A stretch of DNA of 64,000 nt, taken from positions 1 to 64,000 of the forward strand of contig NW_021833288.1 of the NCBI RefSeq assembly GCF_006345805.1, given 5' to 3'. Under the pieces are notes generated by a model that saw only the letters and a list, made by a program, of their open reading frames with translations, did not search any database and was not told the DNA's origin. The stretch comes from Octopus sinensis. Lineage: Eukaryota. This document shows positions 27,531-40,326 of the stretch, piece by piece; within the stretch, counting starts at the first letter, position 1, and every line of letters starts with the position of its first letter. Made by a program: the position numbers and the translations under genes.

Positions 27531-28042
27531 AAATTCATTTGGTGTTAATCTCATTTATTTTGCTATTAATCCCATATTGTTTGATATTAATATCACTTAG
27601 TCTTCTATTGATTTCACTTAGTTTTCTGCTAGTCACACTTAGTTTGTTCCACTTAGTCTGATTTAATCCAATTTGGAATGGGAAATGGTATAGAATACAC
27701 ATTACATTAAAAATACATAACCAATAGAGTAACAATGCTAAGTATCGGATAACTCCAAATATTATGAGTCATACTATTAATTAGTATGACCAAAAATTTC
27801 TTAAAAATAGTCATGCTATTTGGATGGTCGTATTATTTAGAGTGTTCAATTTTCAATAATCTTACTAAATTTTATTTGTTCAAGTTTGCCCAACGTTGTT
27901 TTTCTTCCATCACATTCGAACAACTTCTCTCACCAGTCGAAGAACACGCGCGTAGCTTTCGATTTCATTAGCGTCATTCGTAACCCAAATCGGTGCAGAG
28001 ACGGGAAAAGATTTTTGGTCATACTATTTGGATAGTCATACA

Positions 28043-31000
28043 GGTAATCTCCAAGTTTCGACCAAGTATAAATCTTGACGTATAAGCAATAGATTTTAAT
28101 TATTTTTTGATTTTTTATTAATTTAAGTTAATTTTAATGGGATTGTCTATTAGATTGTCTGGATTTTATATTTTTTTAAAAAATAAAAATTAAGCCGAAA
28201 AAACATATTTGTTAACTATTAGGAGCAGAAATTCTTGGAATATCTTCTCTTTATCAACTAACGAGGTCCGCCACGTGAATTCGTCCAAATAAGATTCAAA
28301 TAACGATCGCGATGTTCCTAAAATAAATTTACGAGTTTTACCAAATTGCCTTTTTAGCTTTCTCTTCGCTCGCATCCATGTGTTCTCAATATTTTGAGTA
28401 TGGATAGAGCGGTCCAAAGGGTGAACAAAATTTTCGGAGTGATTTATCACAGAACGTGAATAAATCCCTCCTCCAATGTGCGCAATCCCACTATAGGCTG
28501 CCCAACCATCAGTAATGGGTCCCGGGAAGTACGCGTCGAACGATAACTTCATTGAGTGTTTCCGCTGTTCTGTCTAAAGCAGGGGTCACCAAACTTTTTG
28601 CACTCGCGGGCCGGATTGACCCCAACACAATGAACGCGGGCCGGAGCACGTGCATAGGATTATAATTTTACTAGAAATTCATAAGTCTGTTTTTTACAAT
28701 AAAAACTAATTTAAACAAAAATAAAGTAAACAAAAATTTTAATGAGAGCTATGGAACTGTGATCTTTTTTTGATAAGTTCATCAATATTTGGTTTTAAAT
28801 TGCTGCATCCTATCATGAGAATTGATTTTAAGTGTCCGTCAGTCAATCTTGCACGATGGGCAGACTTAACATATTTCATCCTCGAAAACGTTTGCTCACA
28901 TTGGTAAGTTGTGCCAATATAGAAATCATCTTTATCGCAAAATTCTTTAGTCTCGGAAACTCATCATCCTTGAGATATTCGTAGAACTCAGCGAGTTTGG
29001 TCCGTCTGTGACAATCTTTGAGCTGTTCATTTGATTGTAAGTCAATAACTTCTAATTGTAATTCATGTTGAACATTTTCAACATTACAAGAAAATGGATT
29101 TTCGAACAAAATTATATCGCTTTCAATTTTGTCAAGTTCAGAAAACTTATGTAAAAAATGATGTTTTAATTCTTTGATAATTCCAATTTGGAAAGTAATG
29201 TCGATCTCATTACAGTTTGCCTCACAAAAACTTTTAAAACAAGAAAAGTGTGAAAACTGACGTACTCCAAGTTGTGACTCGAATAACATCAATTTTTGTC
29301 GAAATGCTTTAATTATCCTGTAGAAATCACAAATTAAGTTTTCCTTTCCTTGTAATTTCAGATTTAGCTCATTCATGTGAGTTGTAACATCAACCAAAAA
29401 TGATAATTTTGATAGCCAAGCAAGATCTGATAATTCGGGATAATAGTTATTTTTACTGGTTAGAAAAATATCAATCTCACTTCGGAGTTTATAAAATCTA
29501 TTTAATACATTACCACAGCTAAGCCATCTAACTGCAGTGTAATATGGTAAGTCAAAATATTCAGATCCAAAATCGTCAAGTAAAACTTTAAACTGACGGT
29601 GATTAAGTGAGCTCCCTCGAACAAAGTTTATTATGCGAATAACTGGATTCAACACACATGAAATATTAGAGCCTTCGCACATAGTGCGTGCTGATGAAGG
29701 ATGCAATGAATGAACAAAGTGTTTGAAATATGTAATTCCTCCAATTTATTAGTTATTTGCCCAACTAGACCCTTTTTAGAACCAGCCATATTCTTTGCCC
29801 CGTCAATCGTAACACAACTCAGTTTCTCCCATTCAAGGTTATAGTCACTTATAGTTTGTTCCAATTCATCAAAAATATCTTTTCCAGTGGTTGTTCCATG
29901 AATAGAACAAACAGATGCCAGTTCTTCAGTTATGGAAATATTCTCATCAACTCCACGAATAAAAATAAGAAGTTGCGATGTTCCGAAATGTCAACTGACT
30001 CATCCAATGCAAGAGAATACCACAACATATTACTTGTCTTTTCACAAATTTGTAAATATATATTTTTTCCAAGCTCTTCAGTTCTCCGTGATACAGAACT
30101 CGCCGACAAACTTATTCCATCAAATAAGGAAGAATTTAGTGGGCACAAACAATTAACTGCTTCAATAATGCAATTTTTGATATACATCCCATCACTAAAG
30201 GGTTTCCCGTGTTGTGAAATAATTTTCGTTATCTCGTATCCAGCTCTTGTTACATTTTCATTATTTTCAAAATTTTTTTTTAAGGCCTTGTTGAATTTGT
30301 AAAGTGCGTTTCAGTGATTCAACTTTATCCTCACGTAGCTTTCCAGTGTACTTGGAATATATCGGAGCATGATTCGTTTCATAATGACGTCGAATGTTAT
30401 ACTCCTTCATAACAGAGAGATGTTCGTGGCATATTAACAATAAGCTTTCTGCTTTAATTCATCTTTCGCAAAAAAATACTTCAATTCCCATAATTTATTG
30501 AATACACGGCATTCGCGGTCAACCTTTCTTTTCATATTAGACATAGCAACAAAGAAAATTTAACGTTAATGCTGATAAGTTTTTTTTCGAATTAAATCTT
30601 GCAAAATAGTTTTATTTAAGTTAATTTAATTAAGGTATTAATTGAATATCTCGAAATAGTGCGCGGCCCGGATAAAATGTTGTCGCGGGCCGGATCCGGC
30701 CCGCGGGCCGTAGTTTGGTGACGTCTGGTCTAAAGATAATGGAAAAAAGAACTGCACGTCTTCAAAAAACAATTTCTCTTGTCCTCCCTGTCTATTCCTC
30801 CACCCAATACCCAATGGCCTGGTCGCCAATGACCTCGATGGTACTTTCTGTGAAAAAATTTGCACTCGTCGAATTCCACTATCGACTCTTCTAAAAATTC
30901 CAATCTGTAATCGTATTTTGCGAAATTTCTAGTTCGTACGAGATGAGATTTCCTGGGTAATTTAATGCCCACATATACGTAAGCATCAAAATTTTCGCTA

Positions 31001-31460
31001 ACGGTAAATGACTTCCTAAAATTAGTTTAAGGATGACTTACTGGAAAAGCAGCTGTTCGTTCTTATACTTCGAGAAGTATTGCATTGAATACATATCTAA
31101 ATTGCGTTGTCCACGTTTCTTTTTGCCTTAGATAAACGGCAGCGTCTCTATTTGTGAGAATATAGGTCTTACTTTACAGCGAACGCATTTCATTGTGCTA
31201 GAGATCAACCGCCTCTCTGCGCACCAAATTACACACTCTTCTATATTATCGCCGAAGAGCCTGTATAGAGACAATAACCGGTTATATTCCTGCATTATTT
31301 GCTCATTAGACTTGATTGCAGCCGCATCAACAATAGACAAACCCATTTAAAATTAGACAATCCCATTAAAATTAATTTAAATTAATAAAAAATAAAAAAA
31401 TAATTAAAATCTATTGCTTATACGTCGAGATTTATACTTGGTCAAAACTTGGAGATTACC
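28043..31460 (-). mobile_element. Merlin (IS1016/ISXO2-like) DNA transposon with an intron-containing transposase
   Basis: 107-bp TIRs beginning GGTAATCTCCAAGTTT (28043-28149, 31354-31460); 8-bp TSD GTCATACA (28035-28042, 31461-31468). Motifs VEFDEC.F.RKYHRG...WVLGG, TDGWAAY, NHSENFV, HTQNIENTW. Confidence 0.93.
28580..30727 (-). mobile_element. hAT (SPIN/GTF2IRD2-like) transposon nested in the Merlin element
   Basis: TIRs CAGGGGTCACCAAAC / GTTTGGTGACGTCTG; perfect TSD GTCTAAAG (28572-28579, 30728-30735). Near full-length transposase from MSNMKRKVDRECRVF through LALDES, TIDGAKNM, HCILHQ, AVRWLSCG; several frameshifts. Confidence 0.95.
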
Positions 31461-31479
31461 GTCATACAATTAAATAGTA

Positions 31480-33770
31480 TGACCAAAATTTCCCTGGAAC
31501 CTCTAATACCATAATTATTGCAACTTTTTGGAACCATAATTATTGCATAACAGCAGTGTAGGCTCCACATATAGTCGTGGTAGAGCATACAACCGCATTT
31601 TATGGCTATGTGGTCCACAGATAAACACCTCACTTTACAATGAAGAGACCTTAGACCGATTCCAAAAAAGTTTTGATCTTGCAGATAAATAATCCCTTCG
31701 ATCGAGAAGAGTTATTTCCATATCTTAGAACAAGTCATTGAAGACTTAACGTCAAGATGCAGATTGTCCAAAGCTTTGAAAAGGATTTAAAAAAGACTTT
31801 TAAGTTGATCTTTTTTTATCAAAAACTCATTTTATATTTTGATCAACCCCTTCACATCTATCACTTGTTCACTTGTGAAACCGTACTTACCAATAAATAT
31901 GCCTTTATAGTTTCATGGTGACTAGCTCGTGCCTTTTCCTTATGCAAGATCGCGTACATCCCGTATGATATCTTCAAAAGAATACGCTCACATAAATTGG
32001 CCACTCTATAGAGTCCCCTTCCAAGCACTTTTTATTGAATGTCAGCACACAAACTTGGTTTTCCTTAGTACTCTACGGATCATAAAATCCATATCATCGT
32101 ACTCATGTAGCTCAAACTCCAAAATACCCACATAATAATTAAGCAATGAAATGGCATACTCATTTAATGCATGGAATAAATTCCTACCCTTTAAACTAGT
32201 TTTACATAACATCTGCTGCACGCCTCCGCACTCACTCTATTATTCGGATCTTTGTTACAGGGAGTATGAAGGATTTTCGGAATTTTGTGATTTAGAACTT
32301 TCGTGATCCTCTAAGACTTTGATCAAATCGCAACAAAATTGCGAATTAGTCACCGACTTGAAGAAATTTAGTTCGAATCCTATTTCCCCAAGAATTCGTT
32401 CACACGACTTCCCATGAAGTGTAGTTGCTTTAAGGAACGAGTGAACAACTTTATGTGATTTGTGTTAAACACATGCACTTCATAAGTTATTGACAGTTGT
32501 TCTTGTCTGCTATTGAGAAGCCTCCTCAATGGTTCGAGACAGAGTACAAAGAGAAGCAGCGACATGCTATCACTTTGTAGAATTCCCCTATCCAGTTTTT
32601 CCTCACCAATTGTATGTTTGTTATATTTAAGATAGCACTCCACAAACTCATCACAGCTTTAACAAAACTAATGAATCACCCAGGAAGACACAGCTTGTGA
32701 ATCTAATCAATGAGGTATGCATGATTTACGTAATCAAATGCCTTCTTAACTCACATAAACATAAGTTAGCTTCCGTAAGCATTAGAAAGACATTTGTGGA
32801 TCTCGTCAAACTCCTTGCGAATGTCAAAGAAACTGCAAAACTCGGTCATCAAGAGTCTGGTGGACTCCACATAAAAGTTCACTCGTCTGACTTTCCACAT
32901 ACTTTCCCTAACATCTCTGAATCCAGCTGGGTACTCTCCTTCACCCATCATCGTGCAAACGACGATAAAACATGGTTGTTCTTTCGGTTATGTTTATATC
33001 TAGCTTCATAAGTAAATAGTTTCTTCATGTAAACTTCAGCCTTTATCGTATCAATTTCATTCAGGTATTACTTAGCGGCCCTGTGGCGTTAAAGTACGGT
33101 ACGCACTAAGGGGGAGCCTTGCTTTTGACCCTGTTTCCCACATTCGATATGTGCCAAATCAGTCCTTCCAGTTTTACCTCTCGCAAAGCAATATTTGCAG
33201 CGATATTCGTAGGTAACTTGAGCCAAATACAATCTCCTCTAGAGACTCGGGCCGCTTACTCAACAAATAGTGAGCAATCGTCCCGTTGATACCAGTCAGC
33301 ACTCCACTTCTGACCCTACACGCAGGTATCTTCCGGTCACTCTGCGCTCTGCCAAAAAAAGGCAAGTAAATTCCAGGAAAAAACCTCTTACACATGTAGG
33401 AATAATGATAAATCAGAACTCTGGTGCTCGTACACTATACTGCGGAGAGGCCTCCCGTCACCGGTTGACTGCTTCTCCTTCTCAAAACAATAGTTTTATG
33501 GAAGCCAACTTTTTGAAATCAGCAACGAACGGACTGCATTGAGAGCTCAGTCAAGTATGGCCAACCATTTCTGGACATTCTTCAAAACCTGCCAAACATA
33601 TGGGAAATTGCCTGCTTTGTCAATGGCTGCTACTTCGTGCATTCAACACTCTCACAGATGGCGCGAATTGCCGTCCTGCCATCCGAGGTTTGGTCTTGTG
33701 ACTCGCGTGGCCTGTCTCTTTCCTGAAATGATTAGTTTGAATGGGTGCATGCATGTATGTCAGACATAAG
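31480..33770 (-). mobile_element. Degenerate non-LTR retrotransposon (R4/Dong-like RT) remnant
   Basis: RGILQSDSMSLLLFVLCLEPLRRLLN...NTNH (32380-32643) is a decayed QGD.LSPLLF RT motif. Clade assignment and ends are tentative. Confidence 0.65.
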
Positions 33771-34127
33771 GAAAATTTTTATAAATGATAAAAAAAACTC
33801 TACAAATTCTTTATGAAAAGACTCTAAATGGATGTTCTAACATACAGAATACATTCAGTTAATTACAATCAAAAAACTTTGTAAAGGATGCTAGTTAAAT
33901 CAGGTACGGGTTAAGTACTGTATAATATGTTTAATTTCTTCTGTCTTTTTTCAAGTGAGATACAAAAAATCAACAAACTCTAAAGATTTTTTACAAATAA
34001 AAATTAAAGTTATTATTTAACTCCAAATAAAATTTGATTATTATTGCATATTAATAAAAGAATTCTTAAAAAATATTAATAACAAAGAAGCTCAAAATTA
34101 TCAAAAAAGTAAATAAGATTAACGTGT

Positions 34128-35430
34128 CTACCACATGAATCTCTGAGAACTGCCGAAATCTTTACTGTAAAATGGAAAATACAAAAAAATAATAATTGTA
34201 ACGAAATTAATAAAAACAAGAACAAAAACGTTTATATAAAGCAATATATTTCTATTCTCTGCAGCACGAAATTCTCTAGTCAAAAGTACAGCAGGAATAA
34301 CAAAATAGCGTAATTCAAACAATTTATTAGGAACAAAACTCATGGCAGTACAAAAGAAAAATAAACACTTCCAAAAAAATGATTTATGAACAAGTGCCGA
34401 AGATACTAAATAAATAGCCATTAAATAAATTGGGGTATAAAGATACGGCTGAAATAAAAACAATTTGAAAAAATATCGCCATATGTAAAATAAATAGTGA
34501 CGATGATCCGATATTAGATAAATATGTTCAAAAGTGAAAAATCGAATAACAAAAATGATTGAAATACTAATTAAAATGCTTTTTAAAGAAAAAATCGAAA
34601 ATGATGAGTAAGGAATGGAATATAGATTAAGACAAAACATATATGCCAGAAAGTAAAGCATTTGGGCTAAATGAAAAGTGGGTTGATGTGCAGAACGATC
34701 CCCAATTACAAGAGCTCCATTTATAAGGAAAAATAATACGGTAAGAGCCCCGGTAATTACAAATGGCCAATCTCTCAACAGCAGCTTTCTTAACGTAAAA
34801 CGGGAATTGCAATAAGGTAACAAATAGCAGTAAAAAACCCACACAATGTTAGACTGGCGAATAAAAACACTAAAAACGGCCACAAAAAATATGGTTAAAC
34901 TATATAAAACAGTTTTCTGAAATATAAATCATAATAAAATTACTTTGTATATTTCATGGATACGTAAAAAAAGTAGAAGGAGTACCGAAAGCATAGAAAG
35001 TTGATCCGTATAGTAGAGAAAGCTAAAGAAATAAATTGGAGGTATGAGCCATTGAGTCAGAGCAGAAATCACAGAATTAGACTAGAATTATAAAGTTACA
35101 CAAAACCGATTTGTCAAGCAAATAAATAAGAATAAGATTAATTATAGACACTACAGAGTTGAAAAGTCGTAATAATGAAACAGAACAGGGAAAACCAGTC
35201 AGTTTAGAAATAAAAGCGGGAATTATATACAGCCCTGGAGGAGTCGTTATATTTGGATCATACTTTAAAATTTAAGGCAGAAAATATACATATGTGAAGT
35301 TTCCAGAGCAATAATATTGCGTCTGTTTTATGTGAAATATTTCATCCATATAACTATCTTTTTGTTTTGAACAAAACTGGTGCAAAATAATGACATTTAA
35401 AGCAGTCGTAACTAACAAGACCCAAATCAT
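34128..35430 (-). CDS. ALG10: Dol-P-Glc alpha-1,2-glucosyltransferase ALG10 (DIE2), copy 1
   Basis: YMDEIFHIKQTQYYC, YDPNITTPPGLY, LYYTD, RQSNIVW, GDRSAH, DHRHY, ELRYF, QRFMW*; three mini-introns. Confidence 0.93.
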
Positions 35431-35559
35431 ATTTTAATTGAAAAATTAACTTCATTTATTTTAATAAAATAATATAGAAAGAGTTAGTGATTAAATTTGA
35501 TTAAGTCATTAATTCTCAACTCCTTTATTATTAATAAGCACACCGAAAATCAACGTTAG

Positions 35560-36180
35560 CGAAGTTATCTCGCTTTTACCACTCTCTCTTGGATATGTTT
35601 TGTTAACCGCTTCCAGTTCTTTGTTTTCTTAATAGTTCTTTTAGGAGTTCAAGGTCGTATGCTGATTTCAGCCTTTTTACAATCAAGGTTAGTTTAAGAG
35701 CATAGAAGAGTTAAGAGCGTAATCCGTGGTTTTCTCCTGAAGGTCGATCCAGGATGAGGAGCCTAGAGTTGTTCCATTCTTAAAATATGACAGAATAAGC
35801 CCATCTGCTACTTCTCATTTCTCCATCTAAGGGGTGTGTATTGTAGAGATATTTATTTGAGATGTGCTTTGGCCATAAAATTCTTAAAATGTATTCGAGC
35901 TATATTCTATGATAGGACTTCGGACTTTTCATTTAATGGAGTACCCAGGTAGAGGAGTTGTACAGTAGAACCGAAAGCATAGAAAGTTGGTCAGAATATA
36001 TTGTATATATTGTATAATTTACTGGTGTCGTAAAATCTATATCATCTGCGTATAAAACTTCTCTTTTATTCATGAGGATAATTGATCCGTTACGAACTTT
36101 TCGAAAGATTGTCGGCAAATATACTATGAATAAAACCGGCGATAAAACGTCTCATTCGGGACGCCCTTGTTTGTTCTAAA
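35560..36180 (-). mobile_element. Internally deleted RTE-like LINE remnant
   Basis: EVLYADDIDF and LFCHILRME resemble IVYADDVDF and FFGHILRMD of the 63025-64000 element. Repeated at about 50520-51140. Confidence 0.7.
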
Positions 36181-36669
36181 TAATTTAGATTTCTGCTTTC
36201 CCAACTGAATAAATAGTTGAGTGGAGAGAAGTAGATAAAGAATTATTCGAATTCAATCGTTTTCGAGTAGTGGTGCTAATATTTGTATTATCTTGACTAT
36301 GTGCTTAAAAGATATTTTTAAATACTTATTTAACAAAAAATATTCAAAATATCTAAGTGGTGCGTGAGATCAGTCAAAAAGCATTTTATTTAAATTTTGG
36401 ATTATTCGAACGTTTATTTACTTTTTGACATTCTACTATTTTCCATGCTAAATGATAATAGTTTCAATAAATGGAACAATTTCAAATGATATTTCCAGCT
36501 AAATGGAACAATGTTAATAAATTGAAAATATTTTTTTTGTTTTAATTTTTACATAATTTAGATTAGATTAATTATTACTTATTTAAAATTTTCTTTTTTA
36601 GAACGGTACGTAAAAGCAGAACACAATTATAATGGTCTATTAAAAATCACGTATTTTTGATTTTTATAA

Positions 36670-37605
36670 CACAGATGGAGATTGGCAACGTTTAGTTATC
36701 AAAAAACCTTGCTGAAAAAAGAGCTAATTTATTAAGTGATGAACATAGTGGAACTTTATCAATAAGATAATATTGTCTTCAATTTTTAAAAAGATTTATT
36801 GAAAAAAGCAAAAATTTAATCGTTCCTGATTTTTGTTGTAATTGTATTGTCATATACAAGGAAAAGTACCGCCGGCATTAGCTTTTAAACTCATGAAATT
36901 TTAATAAATGATTTTTTTCCAGTCTCTGAAATTTATTAACGCTTTTCGATTAAGTTTGAAGCTATTATGAAATGGTATAGTTGCGAATGTTTTCCATTAG
37001 TGATCATTTTAAGGTTGTTTCAAGGGAATGAAGTTTGTTTAGTTTTATAAATTGTCTATTTTTTGTTTAGAAACAACAATTTCAGCGTACAAAACGTAAA
37101 TTATGCCGACTGATATTTAATTCCCGCTACTTTTCAGTTTTTGTTATCTCAAAGGCATAATCTAGAAAAGATCAATGTGGAGTACTCTTCTCTAGTGGAG
37201 TACTTTCGAGCTAAACTCGCCCTTACGAAAAAACCCGTGCCTGTAAACCTTGAAAGACTTTAAAGCAATCAGGCACTTCACTAAGAAGAATGTTTCTAGA
37301 ATATTCTTAAAGAAAAAAGAATAGTGAATATTGAAGAAGTGAATCAGTTTAATGTCAAGTTACAATACTTAACAGGCATGTTTCAGCAGATTGCCCGAAT
37401 TGTATCAAAACAAGAAGAACAAATCAATCGTTTGTGTCATGTGATTGACCGGAAATAGAATTGACAAGAATTTAGAAGAGACGGAGAACTATGTAGAACA
37501 GGGATATTGGATGTTGAATAAGTATTTAAATTTTATCTCAAAAAGTCAGTAACTGTTCTTCAAGATTATTTTATCCTATGTATATGTTTATTTCTGACTT
37601 AGTGA
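36670..37605 (+). pseudogene. STX5: Decayed syntaxin-5-like (Qa-SNARE) gene, copy 1
   Basis: GMFQQIARIVSKQEEQIN(R)|IDKNLEETENYVEQG...KYLNFISKSQ*LFFKII resembles the Syx5 SNARE motif and TM entry. In-frame stops and a broken splice donor. Confidence 0.6.
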
Positions 37606-37947
37606 AATAAACAAATTTAATATTAAATAATAATTTTTAATTTGTGAAGCTGTTAATGGATTATCGCATCGCTTTGGAGTCATCAACGTGTAAAAATCTA
37701 ATTATTCGATTTAGATTTAACGTTCTATTTGAAATAATGTTTCTAAAGTTATTTTGGTGAAGTTGGTCATGGTTGCTTGGACATGTTCCTTTGACCGCTC
37801 CTATGAGTACCCATGAAGCTCAGTTCTCGGGCTACTTTTCCTATCTTAGCATTCCAATATATGTAAAGTAGATAGCTCGTGGATATTTCCCTAAGAGTTG
37901 TGGACAGTGAACTGTAAAAGCCATTCAGTTTCATTGGATTTTTAGAT

Positions 37948-38869
37948 CAGGGATGTTATACTCATTTCGCTTCGAAGGCCGCATTTTAAAATAATTTCCC
38001 TGTAAGGGCCGAATTTATAACAATTTTTCATTTTAATGAAAACTAAAAATAAAGAAATTTAAATATGTAATCGAAATCTTTTAATCGTGCTTAGAGCTAC
38101 TTCCAAATGATTGACATTTTTTTCCGATACAATTTTTGATATATCGGGCTCAATTATTCGTATAGTCCCGACTTCAACTAGAGCCGATAAATTTTCATCT
38201 GTGAGGCGTGTTCTACTAACAATTTTTGTTTCAATTTTTGTTTCATATACTAACAATTTCATATTTTGTTAATTTCATACAATTTTTGTTAATTTCATAT
38301 AATTAAAAAAATTGGCGTCATGAAGATGCGTAAAGAAAGAAGGTTTTCTAACTTCATCTAATAATCCTATGATCTATGATTGGAATTTTAATTCCTTTTT
38401 AAATTATATTCTTTGGTATAGCGATTAACTGGTTACATTTCAAACACTATTTTTGCATCAATTGTAGTACAAAAATAAAGTTACCATTTTTATGAAACAC
38501 TCTTTTCATTCTTCAATAGTTTTATTAGTCTAACATGAAAAAGATCCGAGGAATTAGCACTTAGAGGACTTGAAAACAGGAACCACGTAAATTTCAACTC
38601 CAGTTTTGCTCTGGGAGATTTTTCTTAGCATCCTCAACGAATTCGTGTCAATACTCTGCCCATGCAGGTCCTCCAGCGGATTGCTGAGCTCCAGCCCGAA
38701 TGCCAATTTGATGCCAAATCGTCTGGTTTTTTTTGAGTTTGTCAATTAAACAACCCCTTTTGTCTGTTTGATACCAGTCTCTCAATCCATATATCAGTAG
38801 AGGCTAAATTAATCTACTAAACATTACTGTTGCACATGAGGCTTGCGAGCCCCGTGTTTGACACCTTTG
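37948..38869 (-). mobile_element. Old non-autonomous hAT (SPIN-like) element, copy 1
   Basis: Decayed TIRs CAGGGATGT... / GTTTGACACCTTTG; TSD TTTTAGAT / TTTTAGAC. C-terminal transposase fragment RTRLTDENL...IEPDISKIV. Confidence 0.75.
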
Positions 38870-39296
38870 TTTTAGACGCTTTTGGAGATGTAGATGAATA
38901 TACATTTATAATTGTAGATTTAGATCCAACTTCCAGTTGAATTACACAAACTTTGTCATTTACTTTTCATATTCTTTTGATATATTTCCTTAGTTTGATA
39001 TCCACAGAAATGCTCATCCCGTAGAGATGGCAGTCCAATAAAAGCAGAATAAGGTCGTGGGCAGCATTTTTTTAGTTAAGTCCTTCTTTGACTTTGATCT
39101 GTTGGAGGAAAAAGATGTTCAGGTCTTGGAAAAGTGACCTCCTTTTCACCGAAATGTTGAAAAAGTTCAGCGTAAACAGAGAGTTTGAAAAAGTAAAAAA
39201 ACATTTAAATCATAATATTTCTTTGATTAAAATCATATTTTTATTTATAATTTATAGATTAAACAAATTTTTAAATAAAATAATGTATTCACCGTT

Positions 39297-40326
39297 ATGT
39301 ATTTGATTGGATCATTGTGGGAACTCATATACAAGGTCGCAAGCTATGCATTTTCTATTTTTAATCGAACCTGGAGGTATTTAACATGGCCGTCGGTACT
39401 AGAATTATGCTCAAAACCTATGAGTGGACTCGTTTTATCTCAACTCGGTAAAATGAATCAATAAATAATCGCTAGAAATACAGATCAGCAATAACAATTT
39501 ATTTAATTTAATAAATTCTGAGGATTGTTCAGAACAAATTATTGAATCGGCAATTTCTGATTTCTGTTTACAACTGCAGATTAATCATGTTCAGAATAAA
39601 CGGTTTGTTTTATTGATATTTCAAATTAATAAAAATAGAGCCTTAAGTATGCTGGAATATTACATTAAATTCATTTCCAGATATAATAAATTGTCAAATT
39701 TGATTTTGAAGAAGACCAAAAAATGTGTCAATTCCTTAGATGAATCAGATTACAAGATTTTATCAAAGGTGTAAACTGATATCAAAATTTTAGATATTTG
39801 TTATTTTAATTGGAAGGGATCCTGAAGGTCCGGACTCCTCTGATTGGGAAATGATAGGTTTCCAGGGTCGCAATCCAATGACCGACTTTAGAGGAATGGG
39901 CACACTTGGTTTAGAATGTTTCGAGTTTTATTTATTATTTTATAAAATAGTCATTTTGTTTCTTTTTACGAGGACGATGCCAGGAAACTACTTTTCAACT
40001 CTCAAGATAATGTTATTGGGTATCAAATTAATTTTTAATGCTATTTAGACTTCCTTTGGCCATTTTCTTGATAAATGTAGTCAATTTGAATTATCAAATG
40101 TTTATTGATGGTACTTTCAAGGGGTATTATTTACCGAATATGGAAAAACTGGATATAAATTTATTTTATGATACGTGCTGTGAGGTTTCATTATTCACTT
40201 TTAGGTATAATGTTCATGGAAGTATCCGAAGCATGGATAAACAGCAACCCTGAAAGTTTTATGGATTTTGTTCAATTTTTAACAAGTTTTTCTGATGCGA
40301 AAAAATCAGCTCTAGCCAAGATATAG
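39297..40326 (+). CDS. ELMOD: ELMO-domain protein (Arl/Arf GAP), copy 1
   Basis: DWEMIGFQGRNPMTDFRGMGTLGL signature; open frame after removing mini-introns. Confidence 0.88.

Noticed and set aside
37255-37300. In-frame TAA/TAG suggesting stop-codon reassignment to Gln
   Set aside because: GAPDH, ALG10 and ELMOD end in TAG and SNRNP40 and TEX2 in TAA, and intact genes have no internal stops after splicing. The stops are confined to a decayed gene.
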